From: Candidatus Arthromitus sp. SFB-rat-Yit
GTDB lineage: Bacteria > Bacillota > Clostridia > Clostridiales > Clostridiaceae
NCBI RefSeq assembly: GCF_000283555.1
Contig: NC_016012.1
Coordinates: 475,497 to 507,496 of the forward strand
Direction of reading: 5' to 3'
DNA length: 32,000 bases
Position 1 is the stretch's first letter, and the number at the start of each line of letters is the position of its first letter. The translations under genes and the position numbers were made by a program. The notes under the pieces were generated by a model. The model saw only the letters and a list, made by a program, of their open reading frames with translations. It did not search any database and was not told the origin of the DNA. Positions 17,456 through 27,700 of the stretch are shown in pieces.

Positions 17456-20400
17456 TTGAGGAAATTAGATTTAAAAATTTTTAAATTTATGATTTTGATG
17501 TTAGTTGCGATTAGTTGTTTGAAAATTTATAGTGTTTATTCTAAAAATAAGGTGGTTAAACAATCTAGATCATATGATTTTGAATTAAATGTTGAAGATT
17601 TGAAATTTAATTCTGCTAGATTTAGTTGGGTTTATCCAGATGATTTTGAATTTATAGTTGGAGATTACATAAATTTATTTTTGATTAATGAAGAAAGTGG
17701 AAGTAATGGAGAAAGTCCGATTTTTTCTGCTATTCATGGTAAAGATGGAAATGATCTGTCTAATATTACGAGTCTTGATTTTGATTCGCTTACACATTCA
17801 ACAAAATATCAATTGAAATTAGAATTTAATCAAATACATGGAGATTATTATAGTGTTGAAAAAAACTTTGAAACAAATGATTTTGAGATATCGGATATCC
17901 AAATAGATGGGATAGAGGATGGGGTTGTTAAAAATAAATTGATAAATGTTAAATGGAAAACAAATCCTGAATCAATATCCTTTGGAGAAAATGATAAAGT
18001 TGAAATACTTTTAAAAGAGTTGAGTGATGAAAGTTTTAGAAGGAATCCAATTTTTTCATCAAATAAAGATGTTAAAAATGCAGAATTTTCTCTTCCGGTA
18101 TTTGAAGGCATGTATGACCTTCAAATAGTTTATTACATAAAAGATGATATTATTTACAGTGATTTATTTTATTGTGATTTAAAAAGTGGGGGGATAGAGC
18201 TTATTACTCAAGATATAAAAACATCTTCTGCAAAACTTGTTTTAAATTATCCGAATCAGGATATTTTAAGCGATAATACTAAGGTTAATATTTATATTAG
18301 GGAAGATATGAATCTTGATTATAGTAAAGATCCGATAATTTCATTTAGTGGAAAGGAAGACATACTTAAAAATAAGGAGTATGTATTTAATAAGCTTAAA
18401 TTCTCAACAAAATATTACGTTAAAGTTCAATTCATCATTGAAACTTTTAACAAATTTGGTAAAGATGTTCCAGTTGTAGTTGAGAGTAATTGTGAATTTG
18501 AAACGAAAAAATTTGGTGTAAAAGATTTGAAATTTACTGATGGAAATGAAAATATATCAAAGCTTAGTTGGGATTTTGATGGTGAGGAAATCTTATTTTC
18601 TGAAGGGGATAGTTTAAAAGTTTACATAAAAGAGAGTTTGGAAGATAGTTATTCTGAAAATATTTTAAAAGATATTAGCCTGAGTGCAGAAGAATTATTA
18701 ACTAAAAAGGATTTAGATATTACATTTCCAAAGTACGATACAAAGTATGATATTAAGTTCAATTATAATATCGGAGGAAGAAATCTCTTTGAGTATTTAA
18801 CTCACACGGTTTCTTTACCTAAAATTGATTTTGGGGTTAAGGTAATAGGTGAGGATAGCTTAAATTTTAAAATTAAATTTGATCAAAATAAAACTAAATT
18901 TGAAAAAAATGATGATGATAAGATAGAAATTTTTGTTAAAAAATATGGGGAAAACGATGAGGCTTATAGATCTATAAATTTTACGGAAAATCAAATTACT
19001 GCTGAGCCAGAAAAAGCAAAAGAAGGGGATGCGGAAAATATAGTAGAGAGGGAACTTAAACTTGAAACAATTTCATCAGTTTTTGGGGAAAATCAGCCTT
19101 CTACAGTAGAAGGAGATGGAAACTCACAAAATACTCAAACAGAGAAAAAACAATATGAATTTAAAATTATTGTTAGGAAAGATGGGGCGATGTTTCAAGA
19201 AAAGTTTTATAGAGTTTCAATGGAGGAAAATTCCCTTCAAATTGTTGATGTTGTATTCAAAAGGATAAGTGAGAAAAAAATTGAGGCAAGTGTTGAGTAT
19301 GCTCCATATGATTATGAATTTTCAGATAAAGTTGAATCGCTAAGTTATACAAAGAGTAAGGACACAACTGCTAAGTCTGTACTTAAAAAGAGAACATCAA
19401 CTGAAAGTCAAATAACAAGTGAATTTAAAACTAATAGGAAGTTTGAAATAAGTTTTGATGATTTCGGAGTTTATAAATTGAAATTTTCATACAAGATGAA
19501 GGAAACTCAGGCTACAAATAGAGATGGGAGTGAAAGTTCAGAAAGTAAATTTAATATAACTGAGATGGAAAAAGTTTATAATAATAAATTTGATGTTTTT
19601 AGACTGGAACTTAGAGATGATATTTTTAATGAAATAAAGCTAAATTTAGATTTTGATAGCTATTACACTCCTAAAAATGGAGATAAGGTTGAAATATTTT
19701 TTAAGGTTAATAGTGAAGACGAAACAGATAAAAAGAGCGAAGACTTTAGTAAAGATCCATTAGTTACATTTGTTCATAAAGATAATGAACTTAATTTATC
19801 AAATATGGGAGCTTTTGATTTAGCAGGATTAGATGCTGGAACTAAATACAGTTTTAAGGTAATATTTACTCCTAAAGATTCACAATCAAATGCAATAGAA
19901 AAATATAAAGATGCAGAAACTAAAGATATTAAAATTTCTAATTTAGTAATTGATCATGTATCGGACATAATTGCGTATGCAAGATGGGAACTCGAAGAAG
20001 GATGTGAATTTGGAGTTAATGATAAATTGGATATTTTTTATAAAAAAGATGGTGAGGAGTATCCCAAAGATCCAAATCAGCAAGAAGAAGATTTGTATAT
20101 TAATGATGGGGTTATTCTTTATTTAGATACGGTTGATACTCAGTATAATATAAAATTTGTGTTTAGAAGTGGAAGTAAAACTTTTGAGGAAGAGGTGGAT
20201 TTCAATAATAAGATAAATGATTTAGAAGTTGAAATTTTAGATATATATGAAACCTCAGTATATGTGAAATGGGATTATCCTGAAAATTATAGTATTACAG
20301 ATGGTGAGAGTATTTCAATATTTTTAAAAAGAAAAGATGGAGTTTATGCTGAAGAGCCTGATTATTTTGTTGAACAAAATGATGAGGAAGGAGAAGATAT

Positions 20401-21772
20401 AGAAACATTTAAAAGTGTTAAGATTACAAGTTTATGTCCAAATATGGAATATGATATAAAGCTTGTATTAGATTTTGGAGATGTAGGGAAAAAAGAAAAG
20501 GAAATCAGTTTTAAATCTAAGGAACTTGATATATCAAATATCTCACTGAAAGCATTAACAAATAAATTCTTTGATGTATCTTGGGAGTTTTCTTCAGATA
20601 CGCTAGAATTCGATGATGAGTTGGATTATATAAATATTTATAAAAAAATTGAGGATGAAGAATTTTCAGAATCCAATATTGTTTTTGAAATTGATAAAAA
20701 TATTGATAAACGAAACAGTGTAAGAATTGAGGTTGATGATATTTCTAAAAATTATGATGTTAAAGTTGAATATGAATTTTTGTTTGGAAGTATAGAGAAA
20801 ACGATTTCTGGAGGAGGATTATTTTTAGAATTTGAGGAAGATTCACCAAACTTAATTTTGAAATATCCTAAATCTTTAGTATTTGAAAATGGGGATTCTA
20901 TAGATATTTTTTCAAAGCATGAATCTGAAGAAGAATATAAAGAGTTTATGAATATAAAACATTCATCTTCTAAAAATTTAAATGAAATAGGAAGTATAGA
21001 GCTTGATAATCCAGTTTCTGGAACATCATTTATTTTAATTATTAACAACAAGAATACTCAAGTATTCCCTGTTATGGCTAATTATGGAAATGGAGAATAT
21101 GAAGGAGATGAGTCAGAATACCCAGTTTTGGATATTGTTAGTGAGATGAAGGGAAACTGGGTGGATATACAGATTCCTGATGAATACGAAGTTGATATTT
21201 CATCAGAAGTTTTAAATAGTATTGGTGGAAATTCTTATTATGCTGAGTTAGAGGATGGAAGCTATGTAATTGTAATAGATAGGATTGTACCGAAAAAAGT
21301 TTATTCTAATGTGTTTGTTTTAACTTCAGATATAGATGGAAATGAAGTTAGATTTGATATAGGTGAATTTAAGCTTGAACCATATAATTTGCTAGAAGAT
21401 TTCTTATATAATTCTTATTATTTTGCATTTGATAGAGAGCCTGATGAAAACGGATACAATTATTGGAAGGATCAACTCGAAGAGGAAGAGAGCAGTATAT
21501 CTGGTAAATATTTTTTAATTAATTTGATGTTTGCTGAGAGGGAGTTTGCAGATAGAAATTTAAGTGATGAAGATTTGATAAAAGTTTTATATCAAATTGT
21601 GGTTAATAGACAGTATGATACTGAAGGATTAAATTATTGGATTTCTGTATATGGAGAGTATTTGGAAGAGTTTGGTGGAGATAAGTATGAAGCAAAGAAA
21701 ACTATAGTTTTAAGAATGGCTTATGAGCCTGAGTTCGGAAGATTGTGTGATAAGATGGGAATAGCTTGGTAA
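17456..21772 (+). CDS. Giant secreted/surface protein with repeated FN3-like beta-sandwich modules and C-terminal DUF4214 (about 1438 aa)
   Basis: TTG 17456 preceded by AAGGAAGG SD gives LRKLDLKIFKFMILMLVAISCLKIYSVYS (signal/anchor). The track start at 17417 is less likely. Recurrent ~100-aa modules (WxYPxxYxxxDGDxxxIFxK...; WxFxxxxxEFxxxDxVEIFxK...YDxKxxYxxGG). Confidence 0.85.
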   Translation: MRKLDLKIFKFMILMLVAISCLKIYSVYSKNKVVKQSRSYDFELNVEDLKFNSARFSWVYPDDFEFIVGDYINLFLINEESGSNGESPIFSAIHGKDGNDLSNITSLDFDSLTHSTKYQLKLEFNQIHGDYYSVEKNFETNDFEISDIQIDGIEDGVVKNKLINVKWKTNPESISFGENDKVEILLKELSDESFRRNPIFSSNKDVKNAEFSLPVFEGMYDLQIVYYIKDDIIYSDLFYCDLKSGGIELITQDIKTSSAKLVLNYPNQDILSDNTKVNIYIREDMNLDYSKDPIISFSGKEDILKNKEYVFNKLKFSTKYYVKVQFIIETFNKFGKDVPVVVESNCEFETKKFGVKDLKFTDGNENISKLSWDFDGEEILFSEGDSLKVYIKESLEDSYSENILKDISLSAEELLTKKDLDITFPKYDTKYDIKFNYNIGGRNLFEYLTHTVSLPKIDFGVKVIGEDSLNFKIKFDQNKTKFEKNDDDKIEIFVKKYGENDEAYRSINFTENQITAEPEKAKEGDAENIVERELKLETISSVFGENQPSTVEGDGNSQNTQTEKKQYEFKIIVRKDGAMFQEKFYRVSMEENSLQIVDVVFKRISEKKIEASVEYAPYDYEFSDKVESLSYTKSKDTTAKSVLKKRTSTESQITSEFKTNRKFEISFDDFGVYKLKFSYKMKETQATNRDGSESSESKFNITEMEKVYNNKFDVFRLELRDDIFNEIKLNLDFDSYYTPKNGDKVEIFFKVNSEDETDKKSEDFSKDPLVTFVHKDNELNLSNMGAFDLAGLDAGTKYSFKVIFTPKDSQSNAIEKYKDAETKDIKISNLVIDHVSDIIAYARWELEEGCEFGVNDKLDIFYKKDGEEYPKDPNQQEEDLYINDGVILYLDTVDTQYNIKFVFRSGSKTFEEEVDFNNKINDLEVEILDIYETSVYVKWDYPENYSITDGESISIFLKRKDGVYAEEPDYFVEQNDEEGEDIETFKSVKITSLCPNMEYDIKLVLDFGDVGKKEKEISFKSKELDISNISLKALTNKFFDVSWEFSSDTLEFDDELDYINIYKKIEDEEFSESNIVFEIDKNIDKRNSVRIEVDDISKNYDVKVEYEFLFGSIEKTISGGGLFLEFEEDSPNLILKYPKSLVFENGDSIDIFSKHESEEEYKEFMNIKHSSSKNLNEIGSIELDNPVSGTSFILIINNKNTQVFPVMANYGNGEYEGDESEYPVLDIVSEMKGNWVDIQIPDEYEVDISSEVLNSIGGNSYYAELEDGSYVIVIDRIVPKKVYSNVFVLTSDIDGNEVRFDIGEFKLEPYNLLEDFLYNSYYFAFDREPDENGYNYWKDQLEEEESSISGKYFLINLMFAEREFADRNLSDEDLIKVLYQIVVNRQYDTEGLNYWISVYGEYLEEFGGDKYEAKKTIVLRMAYEPEFGRLCDKMGIAW
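21382..21769 (+). other. DUF4214 domain of the first giant protein
   Basis: YNLLEDFLYNSYYFAFDREPDENGYNYWKDQLEEEESSISGKYFLINLMFAEREFADRNLSDEDLIKVLYQIVVNRQYDTEGLNYWISVYG...LRMAYEPEFGRLCDKMGIAW. Confidence 0.85.
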
Positions 21773-21795
21773 TTTTGTATTTATGGAGGAGAAAA

Positions 21796-24700
21796 ATGAA
21801 GACATGTATGAAGAAATTCATTATTAATCTCATGATTCTTATATTTTTATTTGAATTAATTCCGCTTGGAGATATGGGTATTAAATTAGGATTTGTTGAA
21901 AAATCTAGTGCTTATTATACCCAGCTTGATTCAGTTGCTCCAGGTTATGTGATAAGTGCTGAGGAGGGAGGGATTGTATTTGATTTAAGTCAAAGATTAT
22001 CAAGCTCGATGAGTGTTGAATCATTTAGTATAAAGAATATGAATCCAGAACAACAGAAAAAAGATTTGAAAGAAGAATCTTCAGATGGAGTTAGATGGTT
22101 AACAAAAGATGAAATGATAAATGGTCATATCTATGAAATTGAAAGTAAGATTTATGATTCTGAAATCGATAAGACATTAACATTTATAAATTCTTTTAAA
22201 TTTACAGATAAAAATACAGCGTACAATCCTAAGGTATCTTTTTCAAATTTTGATGCTAATAGGATGATTACTCAAGATGTTTTTTTTGATTTTTCAAATT
22301 GTAAAGAATTGATAAATAATTCAAATAGATTAGATCTTGAGATTTTAAATTCTGATTTAACAAAGGCAGAAATAGATTCAGTTTTTGTTGATAAAAATGA
22401 CCTTGTAAATGCTGGTTATAGATATAAACTTTCCAGAGCAGCATCTATTTTTAAACCGAACAAGGATTATATAATTAGACTTAATGCAGATGGTGTTATT
22501 TGGGATAAGATGATTTCTTGTTCATTAAAGGCAAATCCTACATTAGTTGAAAATATTAGACCTACAGAGATAGATTTTAAATATTATGCTAAGCAAAGAA
22601 ATCTTTTCATTCCGACATTAGATTTTGGAATTTGTAAAACGTTTACTGATAGGCATCATGTTGAAGTTAAGATTATTTTAAGTAATTCAAAAAAAGGTCT
22701 TGTTCCAGTTGAAGTAACAGGTGAAATACCACGTTTAGCAGAAATTAATATTCCAGAAGAATATTGTTCAACAATAATACCAAGTGATATAAGAGTTTAT
22801 TTTTCTGATAAATATACTGGAGCTTTACTTGCTGAGTATTTATTTCAAGTTACATTTAAAGAGGGCGGGTGTTTTATGTGGACTGGACTTTCTTATTATG
22901 GAGAAAAAGATATATCAGGTTATCAAATAACTAAAATAACACCAGTTCATGAAGAAAATGATACTACAACTGTTCCACATTCATGGGATGAATTTCCACG
23001 AGCACATTATATAACTTTATATGATAATAAATTAGAAAATCAAATAGGTGGAGAATATAGATTTGATGTTACAAAAACTAAATATGAATATGTAGGTGCG
23101 GAGCAGAATGTTAAAGGTGCTAACTTTAAAGTGCCGTTTAAAGATATGAGGCAAGGTTTTAATAGTTATAATTTTAAATTTGAATCGAGCAATCGTTATC
23201 CAGAATGGGGATATGCGTATATACCATTTGGTTTTTATGCGGATATAGTTGAAATAAAAGATTTAGACATTGAGGTAAAGGATTTAAAAGTAAATTCTTC
23301 AGGTAAATATGATTTTAGTTTCGAACTGAAAAATCAAAATGTTATCACAGGTGATAAGATGAGCATTATAGATGATAATGGTAAAGAATATATAGCTAAT
23401 GTAAATACTTCAAAGAGATTTAATTTTAAAGATATTCCATTAGTGTTTGGAGGTAAATATGTAGTTACTTATAATAAAATAAGTTCACTTTTTCACTTTA
23501 AATCTACGGATATGTCTATATTATTTAATCCAGTTGTAATAGGAACTTCTTCAAATGGTCAAAATGTTGTTGAAATTGATTTTGATAAGAAATATGAGAA
23601 GATCCTAAACTCAGATAGGATGAAAAATCGTATTAGAATATTGCACATGAATGGTAATAGCACAGGGAATGAATTTACGGATTTTAATGTAGGAAAACAT
23701 AAATTTACATTAAGTTCAGGACTGACTGAAGGACAAAATTATATAGTGGAGTTTTCAAACTCTAAGGAGGAAACGTATAAAACTACGTTTCAGTATACTA
23801 CAATGAAGCTTGACTTGTCAGACGTAACAGGGACAACAGCGAAATTAAATTGGGAATATCCTAGTAATTATCTAATAACAGATGGAGATGTATTAAATAT
23901 ATATTTCAAAAAAGAGGATGCTAACTATCCAGCTATTCCTGATGCTAAAATAATGCATGGATTTCAGGGTATAGATTTTAATGATGTGACAACATATACG
24001 ATTAGAAACATGAGTCCAAATATAAATTACGTTGCAAAACTTGAACTTGTAACTAATGAGGGTATGACCTATGTAGATGAAACTGAGTTTGTAACAAGTA
24101 CTTTTAAAATATTGAATGAAGAAATTGAAGGTATTTCTGAGGATGGTACTGTAAACAGTAAATCTATAAATTTTAAATGGGATATAAATCTTGGTGATAT
24201 AGAATTTAATGCAGGAGATAAGGTAGAACTTTTTCTTAAATTGCGTTCTCATAATGCATTCCCTAAAACGCCAGTATCGACGATAGATCAAGATTTAAAT
24301 AGAAATAAACGGATTAAATTTGATGTATCAAATTATTATGAAGATTATAGTGCAAAAATTGTTTATACAATAGGTGGAGTTCGTCATACAAGTAAAGTTT
24401 TAAATTTTAGTGTAGAGCCGGAAAAATTAGAATTATCTGTAAATGATATTACAGATTATTCGGCTGTCGTTAATTGGAAATATCCAGAAGGTATAAATAT
24501 AGAAAATAATCATGAGATTAGGGTTTATTTAAGAAAAGCTGGTGATTTAGATTATAGACTTGAAAAGACATATAAACAGTCTGAAACTTCTCTTAAAGAT
24601 GTAACTAAATATAAGTTTGATAAACTTAGATTTGAAACTACGTACCAAGTTAAGCTTGTTTATAAAGTTGGAGATAAGCAAGTTGCAGGAGTAAGTGAGG

Positions 24701-27700
24701 ATGTAACACAAGATATCGAAATAGAATTTAGGACGGAAAGTTTTGTTATAAATAATCTTCGTTTTGAAAAGGATATGAATAATCTTGTAAATGTAATGTG
24801 GAATTTAAAAAATGATAATTATCCTTATGTTAATGGTGATTCAGTAGAATTATTTTTAAAAGAAAGAGGAGCACCATCACAGAATTATAAAAAATTCCAA
24901 TATGCAACAGGGAATATTTCAGCAGTGAGAGCATTTAACATAATGATACCTAAATTTAATGTAGATTATGATATGAAATTGACTTATACTTTGGGTGGTA
25001 AACAAGTTAGTGCTTATGGAAATTGTAGACTTGATATGGGAGATATAGGTTTTAATGTTGATGAGATAACAGATACTAAAATTAAAGTTTCTTGGACATA
25101 CCCAGATAATTATAGTATTTCAAATAATGATAAGATTGAAGTATCTTTGAAAAATCTTGAAGATGGAAATAATGTGGAATCTGAATCGAAGACACAAAAT
25201 TATGATAATAATAATACTACTATGATTAAAGATTTTAAGGAAAAAGAATTTACTTTAACTAAAGATAAAATGTATGAAGTTAAGATTAGATTTTCATCGG
25301 TATATGCAGAACCTATTGAGAAATCGTTTAAATTTAAAGCTACTTCTGGATTTCAAATTTTAGGTTTAGTTGGTAAGTCTTTAGATTCTAAATCATTTAA
25401 ACTTGAATGGGATTTTTACAATAATAATGAGGAATTTGATTCAAATAGTAAAATTGAAATTTTATACAAAGAAGAACCAAAGGGAAGTTCACAAGATGCT
25501 TCACAAGACAATAATGTTGAAGATAAATTATTTGAAAATGTTAATCCTGTTTCAACTCGTACTGGAAGTGAATTGAAAGAATTTAAGTCTTATGTAGTTG
25601 AGGGACTTGATGTAAATAAAAATTATTTGTTTAGAGTTCGGTATACTATTACTGGAGATTCGGGAAAGGTAGTATACAAAGATTTGGTAGGTAAAACAGA
25701 AGCAAGAAAAATAACTTCGAGCGTAATTGATACACAACCTACAGGTGTTAAAATTTCAGTTGAGTATCCGGAGAACTATGAAATATTAGAAGGTGATATC
25801 TTAGATATATTTATAAGAAGAAAAGAAGAAACGAATTATTCAGTTAATCCTAATTTTACTGGAAAGCATGGCAGTGGGGAAGATGATGTTGACTTAAATG
25901 AAGTAACTGTACTTGATATACTTGGATTATCTCCAAATAAAGAATATTTTTCTAAAGTTGTATTTTGGCCAGATGGTGGTTCGGGAATTAAACAAGAGAT
26001 GGAACTTAGCTTTAAAACAGACGTAGTAGAAGGTATAGGAGAAGTAATTATAGGTGACGTTTTAGATTATGTGGTAAAAGTAGGAATTAAGATGGAGCCA
26101 GATGAGCTTATTTTAAGTGATAAAGATAGTTGTAAGGTTTTTATAAAGAAGAAAGATCAAACTCATTATCCAGATAAATCAAATGGTGAAATTCGTGGAG
26201 ATATATTTAATGAAGAAAAATTTATATCAGCATATTTTGATGAATTGAACGCAGAGTACGATGTGAAGGTTATAGTGAATATTGGTGGCAATGAGTTTGA
26301 AAAGGAAACTAGTTTTGTAAGTAAGATTGATGATTTTAATATTGATGTTAAAGAAATTAATCCGATGACGACGCAAGTAGAATGGAGATATCCAAATAAT
26401 TATACACTTGTGGATGGTGAAAGTATTCAGATATTTATCAAATATCAAGATGAGGATGATTTTTTAAGTGAACCTGATCTTGAACTTATTCAATCAGATG
26501 ATTTGAATTTATCTGATATAAATTTGGTTGAATTATATTCATTGATTCCTGATACTAGATATGAAGTTAAGGTGAAATTGAATTTATTAGAAGCGGATGT
26601 AAAACCAGTTATTAAGGAATTTACTACAACTGTTTTTGAGATAGAGAATCTTGAAATACAGGACATAAGTAGTGATGGAATGTCTATTAAATGGGATCTG
26701 AGTACAGAAGAATTAGATTTTATAGATGAGTATGATAATTTATCTGTTTTTATTAAGAATAGCAATGAAGAAGATTATGATTTTTCAAATCCTGTGGCAG
26801 AGTTCACAGAAGGTTTAAATGATATAAGGTCAATATCTTTTCAAACAGAAGATAGCATAGCAGATGTTGATATTTATTTATCATATTTAATTGAAGATTA
26901 TGAAGCTGCTATGGAAATATCATATACAGCAATTGATTTAAATGTTGAAGTGCAACAAGAAGGGGTATTAGTTGAATGGACGTATCCACCTGGAATAGAA
27001 TTTGAAAAAGATGATAGACTCGATATTTATTTGAAACATGCTAATAAGTCGGGATATAAGACAGAACCAAATTTTAGATATACTAATGGAAAAGATGGCG
27101 ATCTAAGTGAATTAAATGAAATATTTTTCAAAAGATTAGGAATTGGAAACTATGTGATGAAGTTTTCATTAATCACAAGTGATATGAGATATAATCCTAT
27201 AGAAATCGAGTTCAATGTGCAGGATCAAGATGTGGTCGGAACAGAACTTAAGTTTAATGGAAAATCAAGTAATAGAAAAATAGAATTAGATATTGTTGGT
27301 GATAATGAATTTGATTATGAAAAAGGGTTTAACATTAATCCTGAAGGTTTGGATCTTGAGATAGATGAGGTTAGAAATAAATTTATAGTTAAGAATCTGG
27401 TTCCAGGGAAAGATTATAAAAATATTGTTATTACTTTTTACACAGAAGAAGACGATGAAATTAATTTTGTAGTTAAAAATGTAAAGATAAATCCTGAAAA
27501 TCTTTTGCAAGAATTTATAACAAATATTTATAAATTTGCATTTGAGCGTTATCCAGATGAGGAAGGATATGGATATTGGCTTGGAAGACTTCTTGAAAAA
27601 GGAGAAGTTACAGGTAAGTTTGTTTTATATAATTTGATGTTTGCAGAACGTGAATTTTCTGAAAGAAATCTTTCAGATGATGAATTAATAAAAGTTTTAT

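Noticed and set aside
17848-27510. Antisense ORFs within the giant genes (17848-18111, 20752-21051, 23893-24291, 25552-25737, 26227-26765, 27286-27510)
   Set aside because: Shadow ORFs of repetitive AT-rich coding sequence. None has a convincing SD or motif.
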